Part shown: piece by piece, positions 11,900-23,813 of the stretch
Layout of the letters: each line of letters opens with the position of its first letter
Position numbering within the stretch: position 1 is the first letter of the stretch
Assembly: GCF_902652985.1 (NCBI RefSeq)
Contig: NC_047016.1
Coordinates: 53,940,001-54,004,000, forward strand
Length of the DNA: 64,000 bases
Source of the DNA: Pecten maximus
Lineage: Eukaryota
Reading direction: 5' to 3'
The notes under the pieces: generated by a model
Seen by the model: the letters and a program-made list of their open reading frames with translations, nothing else
Database searches by the model: none
What the model was told of the DNA's origin: nothing
Made by a program: the position numbers and the translations under genes

Positions 11900-12685
11900 A
11901 TATAAACGGAGCAAGTTATATCAACATACATGTATATATATAAACGCAGCAAGTTATGTCAACATACATGTATATATAAACGGAACAAGTTATATCAACA
12001 TACATGTATATATATAAACGGAACAAGTTATGTCAACATACATGTATATATAAACGGAACAAGTTATATCAACGTACATGTATATATAAACGGAACAAGT
12101 TATATCAACATACATGTATATATATATATAAACGGAGCAAGTTATATCAACGTACATGTATATATAAACGGAACAAGTTATATCAACGTACATGTATATA
12201 TATAAACGGAACAAGTTATGTCAACATACATGTATATATAAACGGAACAAGTTATATCAACGTACATGTATATATAAACGGAACAAGTTATATCAACATA
12301 CATGTATATATATAAACGGAACAAGTTATATCAACATACATGTATATATATATAAACGGAGCAAGTTATATCAACATACATGTATATATAAACGGAGCAA
12401 GTTATATCAACGTACATGTATATATATATAAACGGAGCAAGTTATATCAACATACATGTATATATAAACGGAACAAGTTATATCAACATACATGTATATA
12501 TATATAAACGGAGCAAGTTATATCAACATACATGTATATATAAACGGAGCAAGTTATATCAACGTACATGTATATATATATAAACGGAGCAAGTTATATC
12601 AACATACATGTATATATAAACGGAACAAGTTATATCAACATACATGTATATATAAACGGAGCAAGTTATATCAACATACATGTAT
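11900..12685. repeat. ~39-45-bp minisatellite with variable (TA)n, gene B intron 2
   Basis: Unit tataaacggaacaagttatatcaacatacatgtata(ta)n. Confidence 0.95.
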
Positions 12686-12779
12686 CACAGTTGTTGGTGG
12701 AAGAAGATCAAGAAGCAAACCCACAAACACACAAACACACAAACACACCAATTTTACCTTTCACCACGATTCATTATCA

Positions 12780-13111
12780 CGGAATAAAAGAATGTTACAG
12801 TGTAAAAATAATGATAGGACTATTACAGTGTAATAATTAATAGGAATGTTACATTGAAATTGTTATAAAAGGAATATTACATTGTAATAGTTGATAGGAA
12901 TGTTACAGTGTAATAATTTTAATAGGAATATTACATTGTAATAGTTATAATAGGAATGTAACATTGTAATACAAATGTAGTTATAATAGGAATATTACAT
13001 TGTAATAGTTGATAGGAATGTTGCATTGAAATTGTTATAATAGGAATATTACATTGTAATAGTTATAATAGGAATATTACATTGTTATAGTTATAATAGG
13101 AATATTACATT
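12780..13111. repeat. Degenerate ~28-bp tandem repeat ending ~30 bp upstream of the gene B acceptor
   Basis: Unit taatagttataataggaatattacattg. Confidence 0.85.
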
Positions 13112-13142
13112 CGCGTGATTCCGTGATGTTTATTTTTTGTAG

Positions 13143-13879
13143 GTAAACCAAATATTTGGATGATAATGAAGATGATGGAGTCCGTTAGATTTTTTGCCCA
13201 TCACTATCCTCTGGACGATAATGGACGCACATTCCGGGACTACGAACAGATGACAAGGGATTGTATGATATTCTTAGTCACGTCAGAAGTGGTGTTGAGT
13301 AAAGAAATCTACAAACCCTCCGAGGTCACGCCCTGGCTGAAAACCAGTATACAAGGGGGCTATGTAGGAAAGACATCATTGAATTCCATAACGGAAATGA
13401 GGTCTGAAAATGGAGGACACGTCTTGGCGTCAAATATCAACCAGGTCGTCTGTATCGACAAACAGAGCAGACGACCCATGCCATTCCCGCTGTGGTGGCG
13501 GGAAAAGTATTCAGAATCTGGAAAAAGTCATAAACGTTTAAATTTGGAAAAGTTTGAAAAACCAAAGGAAACCGGCACTTATTCTACCAAGATTGCTTGG
13601 AGTGATACGGACATAAACTTGCACACAAACTGGACAACATACGCACGATTTGCTGTGGACGCTGCTCATCACTGTCATCAAAATGGCACGTTAAACAATT
13701 TTGAGGACAATTTTTCTAACGGTATCCACAAAGTTCAGATATACTTTTATGGAGAGAGCGTTCAGGCCGACACATTAACCGTTCATACATGGGAGGACCC
13801 CGATAACCATCGTTTATTAATGTTGGATATTTACAACAAAGGAACGTCTATTTGTCAAATCAAAATTGTTTTTCATTAA
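13143..13879 (+). CDS. Thioesterase-like gene B (double hotdog fold), last coding exon
   Basis: Acceptor ttttttgtag|GT AAA CCA. Motif SDTDINLHTNWTTYARF and stop TAA at 13879. Aligns end to end with the gene A last exon. Confidence 0.85.
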
Positions 13880-13913
13880 ACCATTGTTTTGAAGAAAAAA
13901 AATAGAATTTGAT

Positions 13914-14345
13914 GTTTAGCTGGTCTCTTCGGAGATGAGGAAGAGCTTATATGTTGTCACCCCGGCGTCGGCCTTGGTTTTTCAAATGTTAAGTTTTTGG
14001 TGCAAGTGTGGAAAGGCATAGCAATTTATGGTAATATGGTCCATGTTGGGGTTAAACTATCCCCTGCCGGAGTCCAACTAAAAGATTTTTGGGGGAAAAA
14101 ACAACAGATTTTTTTAAATGTTTTGGACTTAGAATATTTTTGCATTAAGCTTTTGGTGCAAGTGTTGAAAGGTACTGTATTAAAACATCACTTTATAATT
14201 GTACTAGGGTGCTGATATTTCGCAATAGAGTCCCTCTGGAGTAAGACTATCCCTTCTTGGAGTGAAACTGAAAAAAAACTATGTGAAAATGCTCACATCA
14301 GACAATGTATACGGGTCCACATTTTTCAAGGGAGACAACTCTCAT
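13914..14345 (+). mobile_element. Helentron/HINE-like non-autonomous element fragment
   Basis: Starts tttagctggtctcttcggagatgaggaagagctta...cggcgtcggc, followed by two internal subrepeats (ttaag.ttttggtgcaagtgt.gaaagg). Family call is from recalled resemblance only. Confidence 0.45.
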
Positions 14346-14834
14346 TAGGATAATTATTTTGTCAAAAAATGAAAGAAATAGGTCCAACAGCTATTATCTA
14401 ATATATTCATTCAATTTACAGCAGCATAGCTTGTCTCCCGAATGTTTGTCAATAAATAATTTACATATATATATAAATTGGTATGGTTTTTAAAATTGCA
14501 TAAATACACAATACACTATCTCATCAAGTACACTATATAAATATTATGAATGCAATTTGCGAAACCATAACAATTAATATATTTTGATTATATATATGTA
14601 ACTTGTTTCTGATAGAATTACTGTCGCGTTGTATACAATATGTAACACACAATTCGCCATCTTGCTGCTGTAATGACACTATCGTGTACAGGTAAGTATG
14701 GGCTAGAGGGTGTGCGATAGGCTGTTCCAAAGGTCAAAGTCTGTCCGGAGTTTCTTGCCAATATATTTCAGGAATTGATTCCGTAGTGATTATTTAGTAA
14801 TTGGCGGAATAAGGAGTGTGTATATGAAGTTTGT

Positions 14835-15075
14835 AAAATGTAAATTTGATTATCTTCCCAACAATTGCGAAACAAGTTATATAAAATTATATTAATTACG
14901 CTTGTTGGCCCGAATGGAAGCACGCGAGGGGTATTTGTGTTGGAAAAAACCGGAGTACCCGGAGAAAACCCATGTGGTTGGGCAGGTGACCACATACTTT
15001 TCCACAACAAGCGTGTTACCACTCTGTCGCCGGACCTCACGTCCGATCGGGGAATCGAACTCCGACCGGTGAATT
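14835..15075 (-). mobile_element. tRNA-derived SINE of a second family sharing the same core
   Basis: Minus-strand B box GGAGTTCGATTCCCC and core gggttttctccgggtactccgg, with a different 3' part. Confidence 0.7.
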
Positions 15076-15694
15076 TTGTACAGGTATCATGTGTATGGGG
15101 AAATCGCTTTACGTTACATCGTCGCACAAAGTCACAAACACGTCCTTCCAGTTCCAAGTCTTTTATCTGAATCCCAAAAAGTATCTTGCAAACAAAAAGA
15201 ATTACAATCTAGGGGAAGAACTTTGAAGTCAGATTATCTCCCTTTGACCATACAAATATGTAATCTCATCACACTCATACGACCTTAAATTTGAAATTAA
15301 ATTTTGTTTTACAAAAAGAAATTAAAAAAAAAAAAAATCGTACACTTTAATCATTGCGAGTTTAATCAGTTTTAGTATTAATTATGATTAGTCACGATGA
15401 ACTAAATTGCGACAGTCAATATTTAAAGACTGGGATAATGTTTGTTTTTCCCAATCCAAAGGGCTGTGCCTGTATCGATAGATAACTGGTAGAAATGGCT
15501 TAGAAAGGGGGAAATCTCTGTAGACAGACAGTGAAGGATTCAATTCAATTCATTTCAATTTTTATTCCAGGGGTCTTACGGCCCATAGATAAACATGGAT
15601 ACAAAACAAGCATACAAAATACATGATTTGGAGAGTGATATCCCGTAATTAAAGGATGATAATATACATTGATATCACTTCCATGCACCTTTGC

Positions 15695-16512
15695 GCACCC
15701 AACCATATCATTCACGTTCTCTCACCCACCAATATCATTCACGTTCTCTCACCCACACATATCATTAACGTTCTCTCACCCACATATATCATTCACGTTC
15801 ACTCACCCACACATATCATTCACGTTCACTCACCCACACATATCATTCACGTTCGCTCACCCACATATATCATTCACGTTCACTCACCCACATATATCAT
15901 TCACGTTCACTCACCCACACATATCATTCACGTTCTCTCACCCACACATATCATTCACGTTCACTCACCCACACATATCATTCACGTTCGCTCACCCACA
16001 TATATCATTAACGTTCTCTCACCCACACATATCATTCACGTTCGCTCACTCACACATATCATTAACGTTCACTCACCCACACATATCATTAACGTTCACT
16101 CACCCATACATATCATTCACGTTCACTCACCCACACATATCATTCACGTTCGCTCACCCACCAATATCATTCACGTTCGCTCACCCACCAATATCATTCA
16201 CGTTCGCTCACCCACCAATATCATTCACGTTCGCTCACCCACCCATATCATTCACGTTCGCTCACCCACCCATATCATTCACGTTCGCTCACCCACCAAT
16301 ATCATTCACGTTCGCTCACCCACCAATATCATTCACGTTCGCTCACCCACCCATATCATTCACGTTCGCTCACCCACCAATATCATTCACGTTCGCTCAC
16401 CCACCAATATCATTCACGTTCGCTCACCCACCAATATCATTCACGTTCACTCACCCACCAATATCATTCACGTTCGCTCACCCACCAATATCATTCACGT
16501 TCGCTCACCCAA
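15695..16512. repeat. 27-bp minisatellite (~30 copies)
   Basis: Unit cacccacacatatcattcacgttcgct. Confidence 0.95.
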
Positions 16513-16690
16513 GCAGATACTCTGTCAGTCACTAAATACATTCAAATATCATGAATATTATGAACATAATTCACTTCAATAAACGCAAGCGCACAATATC
16601 ATTCCTTTTTACACACATGTGTACATTACATCCTTCACTTAAATACACATAAGTCCATAAGTGCACAATGTTCATTTCTATATACACATG

Positions 16691-17657
16691 CAGTGGCGTA
16701 GGAAGCGGGGGGGCAGGGGGGGCAATTGCCCCCCCACTTTTTTCAGTGGGGGGGCAAACATATCTTTTTGCCCCCCCACTTTTTGACATCCAAAATCTAA
16801 AAAAGGGGATAAAACGCGAATTTATATATTCATTTCGATAAATATCTGTATATTTCCGAACCGATAATGTTTTCTTGAAGGCAACGGTAAAAACTTTATC
16901 TTGTACATCCGGAACATTCCGACTTTTATACTAGTATATCAATCCTCAGACCTGTGTGTCGGTCGTCTGCAATAGCCTGGTAAGTCAATATTTATATCTT
17001 AATACGCAATTTTGCTTAACTTCATCACATAGATTCAATAAGTTGATGATAATCTGTGAAGTTAATTGAGTTCATAATGAGAAAAAGACAGAAACTCAAC
17101 ATGAAGAAGAATGCGCGGTTTTAACGTGAATAGAGTGATACTAATTACCGACAGGTACGAGAAAATACAAAAAAAAATCGGCTCGCACCTACGGCGCGAG
17201 CTTTATCACTAAATTACTGCCCCCCCTTTCGATTGCAGATCTACAGGGGGGCTTCGCCACCCTGGGACCCGCTGGGCGGCCCCCAGACCTCTCGCAAAAA
17301 GGAAAAAAAATCGGTTCGCGCCTACGGCGCTCGCTTGGTCACTTAATTACTGGACCACCCTTTCGAAAACTCCTGGATCCGCGCCTGATCCCGAATTATT
17401 GGAAATGTGCTATATTCATTTTCCGCGGAGGCTTAGACCCCCTTGAACCCCATATCAGGGCGCTGTCCTGGACCCGCTGGGCGGCCCCTCGGACCCCACA
17501 AAAAAAATTGGCTCGCGCCTACGGCGCTCGCATTATTGCTAAATTACTGGACCCCCCCTAATTTTGCGGAGATGGCATACGATTTGTTTAGTGCGTAAAA
17601 TTTAAGGTTAAAAAAAAATTGTGCCCCCCCACTTTTTGACGACTTCCTACGCCACTG
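16691..17657. mobile_element. Non-autonomous DNA transposon (MITE), 15-bp perfect TIRs
   Basis: CAGTGGCGTAGGAAG ... CTTCCTACGCCACTG, flanked by an ACATG direct repeat. G/C-run subterminal motifs and three internal subrepeats (aaaaatcggctcgcgcctacggcgc). Confidence 0.88.
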
Positions 17658-19054
17658 ACATGTCCATCACATCATGATGGTTTAAATACACGCATGTCAT
17701 AATATCAATCGTTTGTATTCACTCGTGTTAATTACATCAATATTCATTTAAATACACGCATGATATACAAAATATCCAAAAAGATTTATCCCGTAATTCA
17801 ATCAACCAGTACCTATACACATACAAATTAATTACCTGCACATTACATTGCTTCTGAGCGACGTTTGAATGCATTATGGGTAAATTTCCTAAGGTTATTT
17901 TAACATTTTTTTTTTAAATCGAAGTTGGCTAAGTCTGAAAACACTAGGTCTACGGAAATAGTATTTCTTTAGATATTTTGCCTGTAGATCATCATAAAAA
18001 GGACACTTTAAAATAAAATGGAATTCATCCTCGACGTCTCTATTATCACATTAACTACAAACTATTTTCCCTGGCTATGTTATTGTATCTTCCACTTTCT
18101 ATATGTAACTTATGTGACGACATTCTAATTCTTAATATACTTTTCCTTGTATTGATTTTCTATAGGTTTCCTTAGATAAAATTGCAAACCCCAGTTGTCA
18201 ACTAAATGCTGATATGAATAACCTTTTCAGGAGTTTTCCATGTTGCACAGCAGTTCTTGACTATGGATTTCATGATATTAACTCTCAATGAACATGTACT
18301 AAGTATATCATTTTTCTATCAAGACTACTATATTCCACAAGTATCCTAATCCTAGACGATCTAATTCCAACTTTATATTTACAATCCACTTATCATTATC
18401 TTGCAATTTTTGCTTCATAGCACGCTTTCAGTTATCCGTATCTTTGATTTTTTTCCAATATTTGAAAATGTCCAGCTTTCTAACAACATGCATAGATAAT
18501 CTCCCTAATTCATAATATACTAAGTCATGATATGTACTATTTGTAACACCTAAAATATGTTTACAAAAACGTGTGTGAACCATTTCGACATCTGTGGCAT
18601 ACACTACAAACATATGTGTCGAACACAGAGCCTAACGTTTCAGTATTACAATTGTGATATTTCATATTATTTGACAGTCTAAAATAAGCTTTTCTACCTG
18701 TTTCAGCAGCATTCCCAATTCAATTGACAACTTTCATTTATGAAATTCATTTCAGTCATTTACAAAAAGACTGTGAGACTGCGAGTTCTATTTAACATTA
18801 TCGTACAAATATTTTACACTTTCCAAGCTGTATTCCTTGTTTTATTATCTTACACCATAGACTACTTCTATCGAGGAGATCAAAACGCTTTCTTGTAATC
18901 TACAAAGCAACAATAAATTAAGTCTGCGCTTATCTTTCCAAGTTATATTAATTAATGCACAAATATTGCGTCGGCCGTAGAACAGCCCTCATTAAAACCA
19001 AATTGAGCATCAGACATAATGTTGTTTTCTTTATCCCATTTCAACAGTCTACTA

Positions 19055-21235
19055 AACCCCCTACATTGGGAAACATTCAGAAAAATAAGAAATACTTGTG
19101 TTGGTGCTATCCGCAATGCAAAAAACAATTTTTACAAAAAAATGTCTTCTAATCTTCAATTTACGTCTAGTTCGTCTAGAAAATGGTGGAAAATGTTGAA
19201 CTCTCTTACACAGTTTTCATGCAAATCAACCGACATACCTACACTGATTTACAATGACATAGAATACACAAATGATAAAGAAAAAGCCAATGTACTTAAT
19301 AACTATTTTGTCCAGCAGACTTTAATTGACGATTCACATCATAACCTACCAATTATCAATGACAACAACACCAGAATGCTAGATAATATAAATATTACAG
19401 ATCAAGACGTGTCTGACGCCATTGATATTATAGATGCTTCTAAAGCCTCTGGACCGGATAAGATTAGTGGTAAACTTATAAAAGAAGGGAAAAGACAATT
19501 AATAGGGCCTCTTTGTAATATTTTTAACAAATCGTTACATAATCAATATTACCCTGCAATATGGAAAAATGCCAATGTTATCCCAATATTTAAAAAAGAC
19601 GACCCAAGTGCTGTTTCCAATTATCGTCCTATTTCATTAATAAGTATAATAGGCAAAGTTATGGAAAGGTGCATTTTTAAACATGTTTATAATTTTTTGC
19701 GTGATTCTTCTTTTTTTACTGAGCACCAGTCAGGTTTTAGATGTGGCGATTCTGCTATTAATCAGCTATTGATTATCACAAATGACATTGGTAAAGCTTT
19801 AGATTTTGGGAAGGAGGTACAGGTTGTGTTTCTTGACATAAGTAAGGCGTTTGATCGCGTCTGGCACAAGGGTCTTCTCTATAAATTACAGAAAGCAGGC
19901 TTTGAGGGAAATATTTTAGGGTGGTTCAAAAGTTATCTTTCTGATAGGAAACAACGAGTTGTGGTAAATGGTGAATTTTCAAACTACAGTACTATTAAAT
20001 CTGGCGTTCCTCAGGGCTCTATATTAGGGCCCCTGTTGTTTTTGATATTTATAAATGATATAATTTCGGATATTGGCAGCATTATCAAATTATTCGCTGA
20101 TGACACCACTCTTTATCTCGTAATAGATGATACAATTAATTCAGCAAATATTATAAATAACGATCTTTTTAAAATTCATACATGGGCCACTCAATGGTTA
20201 GTTACGTTTAATACAAATAAAACGGAGTCGTTATTAGTCAGTAAGAAAATTTCAAAATGTAATCTTCCACAACTAAGTATGGACAATACGAATATAAAAC
20301 AAGTTTTATTACATAAACACCTAGGTTTATATTTCAACTCTGAATTAAGTTGGACTAACCATGTAGATTGTATTATTTCTAAAGTATCAAAAAGGCTAGC
20401 AGTTCTCCGCAAACTTAAATTCCTTCTTGACCGTAATACCTTGGAACGTATATATTTCTCATATATAATGCCTATACTCGAATACGCCGACGTTGTATGG
20501 GATTCTTTACCAGCTTTCCTTATAAATAAACTAGAATTAATTCACAAAGAATCTGCAAGAATAGTTACGGGAGCAACAAAACTGGTAAGTAGTGAACTAT
20601 TATATAAAGATACATGTTGGGACACATTAGCAGAACGTAGGAAAAAACATAAGATAATTAAGCTTCATAACATGGTTCATAATCATACTCCTCCTTCCCT
20701 TTCTAACTTACTTCCAAGAAGAAATTCTGAAATACATAGCCAAAGAACTAGACAATCAAACCAATTATCCATCATCAAAACTAATACCAGTTCCTACAAA
20801 AACTCATTCCTTCCAACCACTATTCATCTATGGAACAACTTACCCTCCACCATTACAGAAAATGCATCCGTGTCAGTCCTAAAAAAATATCTTGATAGAG
20901 ACAGAAATAAATCGCCAAGTTATCTATCCTGTGGAAACCGTAAAGCCCAAATTTATCACACCAGACTCCGATTAAAATGTAGTAGCTTAAAAGCACATCT
21001 TTTTGAAAAAAATCTTAATGATGATCCTTTTTGTTCATGTGGATACATCGAGGACAACTTTCATTTCTTATTTGCATGTGAAAAGTATACAGATATAAGA
21101 GAACAATATATATATACATTAAACTATGACTTAGATACGGATTGTTTACTCTGGGGAAGTCCAGACCTTACAGTACAAAAAAACGAAGAAATTATATTGG
21201 CAGTACAAGAATTTATAATGAAGAGTGAGCGTTTT
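19055..21235 (+). CDS. LINE ORF2 reverse transcriptase (5'-truncated; runs into assembly gap)
   Basis: About 727 stop-free codons with all RT motifs. The related copy at ~34480 ends KRFD*, so the stop probably lies at the start of the N gap. Confidence 0.85.
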
Positions 21236-21420
21236 NNNNNNNNNNNNNNNNNNNNNNNNNNNNNNNNNNNNNNNNNNNNNNNNNNNNNNNNNNNNNNNNN
21301 NNNNNNNNNNNNNNNNNNNNNNNNNNNNNNNNNNNNNNNNNNNNNNNNNNNNNNNNNNNNNNNNNNNNNNNNNNNNNNNNNNNNNNNNNNNNNNNNNNNN
21401 NNNNNNNNNNNNNNNNNNNN
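21236..21420. other. Assembly gap (185 N)
   Basis: Run of N. Confidence 1.
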
Positions 21421-22246
21421 CGAACATGTGTATTGTTATGTCTTACAATATATATATATATATATAGATATGCTTAGTCAAAGCTTACAAAGTTCCTGTG
21501 ATTATATAGTATTTACTTAGATCAGTCGTTTTCTCATATGTAAAATACATTGTACCTATAGTGTAACTTTACTACATTAGTCTCTTATTGTGCGTTGTAT
21601 ATTTATTTGTATGTAATTATGAAAACATGAACAGTGCTCGGACAGTAATATTATTGTTTAACGTCAGCATTCCCATGATCACTCTACTTTATATCTATGT
21701 CTATCATTAATAAGGAGATGGTTTTACATAAGCTCTAAGCTTGTTACCAAATCCTCTTGTATACTTTTGATTTATTGTACTGTATTACTTATTCTCAAAT
21801 AAATATTGTTTAAACTAACAGTCTACTATCATATGTTAAGAACTGATATAAAAATTAACTTACCAAAGTTATGCCTCTATATTTACCTGTGTCATTTAAG
21901 TCACCATTTTTGAAAAATGGAACTATAATTATAATGCCTCGTGACCACATTTCTGGAAATATTCCGAAATCAATAATTTAGCAAAAAGTTTCGTTATGTA
22001 GGATGTAAGCAGAGACATTGTCAGGTGTAGTAGATTTTTGGGAGGTACAATAAAGGCCTACACCATGAAGTAATTTCTGGACATCATTGCCAGTGGTGTT
22101 GATCATTGTACCGTATAGGCTTGGACCTTTAATTAACGAGGATGCCACCTAGGCTATCAGTTGTATAGATGGATTTAAATTGACGATTTAGGGTGAAGAT
22201 TGGTTTTGTGGATCATCATACAGTAATTATAATCCATTGCTATATC

Positions 22247-22278
22247 CAGAGACCTATATACTAGTATATAGGTCTCTG
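22247..22278. mobile_element. 32-bp perfect palindrome with 7-bp TSD
   Basis: ctatatc|CAGAGACCTATATACTAGTATATAGGTCTCTG|ctatatc. Confidence 0.75.
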
Positions 22279-22694
22279 CTATATCTTATAGATTTATGAG
22301 TGGCCAAAATCTCTTGGAGTTCAGGACTTAAATATGATAACTCATTTCATCGGAGATTAAAGAATCACAACAGTTTCTCTTCCTACTTTTATACCACACT
22401 TTACAAATTCAATTATCACCAACATATAGCATCATGGTCATACTTGAGGTCGAGTCACAGTCAGGTGATGGATTCGTGACGGGGAGCGATTCGTGATGGG
22501 GTCCGATCATAAATTATCTATTTTGAATAAAACTTTCTCATCACATTATTTATTTTTATTGCATAAATAATTTGCAAGTGCTATGACAATAAAAAAATAA
22601 CTATTTGACAAAATTTGCAATCAATAAGTTTAAGATCTTGTAAATTTAAGGATACAAAAAATATTTCACATTTACAAGTAATGCAGACTCCCTA

Positions 22695-22740
22695 CCGGAT
22701 GTGACGTCATTATTAATCAATCTTTTCTGTTTACTTCCTG
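22695..22740 (+). promoter_or_regulatory. CHMP5 proximal promoter with overlapping ETS-CRE motif and a second ETS core
   Basis: CCGGATGTGACGTCA at 22695..22709 and ACTTCCTG at ~22733, within 100 bp of the ATG. Confidence 0.55.
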
Positions 22741-22793
22741 ACATTAGTGAGGAATCAGTTTCATTTCAGCTTCTTAACAAATAATCGTCGAAA

Positions 22794-22862
22794 ATGAACC
22801 GACTTTTTGGGAAAGGCAAGGACAAAGCTCCCCCACCGAATCTGACTGACTGTGTATCGAAC
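22794..22862 (+). CDS. CHMP5: Charged multivesicular body protein 5 (ESCRT-III, Vps60), exon 1
   Basis: aaaATG AAC CGA encodes [23 protein letters not shown], the recognisable CHMP5 N-terminus. Donor gtgagt. Confidence 0.95.
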
Positions 22863-23394
22863 GTGAGTAATCGTAGGATTTGTATTTTTCTTCGAAATAT
22901 TGGAATGGGACCTGGATTATTGTTATGAGTGTGGGGCATAGATAGAGATAAGAGCAAGCTGATCAAACGGACATGCATGTCAGACGATATATGTATAGGC
23001 TAAGACATGTCTTTTATATGTTAACATGGTAGAATTGGCAATCATAGTCAGTGTCACGCACGTGCACGTACTAGCAGTGTTGTCAACAGGTCAAGACTTT
23101 GTAGTGAAGCAGAACACAGGTGAAAGTGAAAATAGATCGTATCCAAATACATTTTATTGTACGTAGCTAGCTTATATAGCCAGCCTGGAATTAAATGTAT
23201 AAATATAGTTATCAAACTCGAGTAGGATGGTGTATTAAACGTTGGAACAATTAACTCTTCAAGTGCATGATAAGTTTTTAGATTGAAATAGTTCAATTGT
23301 TCCCAAAATTGTATAACTATAAAGAAGAAATATATACATGAATAGATTTATATCTTTACTGTAACTAACTGTTGTATTTTATTTTATCTCACAG

Positions 23395-23499
23395 ATTGAT
23401 AGTCGAGGAGAATCTATAGACAAAAAGGTAGCAAGACTTGACGCTGAATTGAATAAATATAGAAATCAGATGAAAAAGATGAGAGATGGGCCATCAAAG
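23395..23499 (+). CDS. CHMP5: CHMP5 exon 2
   Basis: cacag|[35 protein letters not shown]|gtatgt. Confidence 0.95.
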
Positions 23500-23766
23500 G
23501 TATGTGTCAATGAAGACATGTTTGTGACATACGTTAAAAGTAATTCTGATAAATACATGTAGGTGTATGGAATTTTTGCAGAAAAAGGTATCAAAATGTT
23601 TGTATATTCTAGGTTTCACTTGTTTTGACCTTCTTGCAACAGATATGGTCATATACAGATTACCATATAGAGTACGTATTTATATAGGAATGTGAAATAG
23701 CACATATAGAATGAAAATGTGGTTTTGTGCAAGATAAAGACACTTCTAAATTGTTCCTAATTACAG

Positions 23767-23813
23767 AATATGGTCAAACAGAAAGCTATGCGAGTGTTGA
23801 AACAAAAGAAGAT
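23767..23813 (+). CDS. CHMP5: CHMP5 exon 3
   Basis: ttacag|NMVKQKAMRVLKQKKM|gtaagt, phase 0/2. Confidence 0.95.

Larger units (their letters stand above)
19055..21816 (+). mobile_element. Young 5'-truncated non-LTR retrotransposon (CR1/L2-group-like LINE) with uninterrupted RT ORF
   Basis: RT motifs NYRPISL, QSGFR, FLDISKAFD, GVPQGSILGPLLF and LFADD, plus C-terminal CSCG..ED..HFLFAC. The 3' end reads aataaatattgtttaaact. TSD AACAGTCTACTA at 19043..19054 and 21817..21828. No endonuclease domain. Confidence 0.92.
15540..21990 (-). mobile_element. Old degenerate LINE of a different family, interrupted by the young LINE, a MITE and a minisatellite
   Basis: Minus-strand remnants: GIFPEMWSRGII..KNGDLNDTGKYRGITLVS (21860..21980), ENNIMSDAQFGF..STADAIF..CFVDYKKAF (18885..19030), HTRFCKHILGV..YELGR (18430..18610) and DVEDEFHFILKCPFY (~18000). 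A tail ggaataaaaattgaaatgaattgaattg lies at ~15541..15570. Contains stops and frameshifts. Linking the tail to the body is inferred. Confidence 0.75.

Noticed and set aside
15656-16582. His-rich 308-aa and 288-aa ORFs
   Set aside because: Overlapping translations of a 27-bp minisatellite.
21236-21520. C-terminal extension of the 833-aa ORF and the X-rich ORFs
   Set aside because: Artifact of translating through the N gap.
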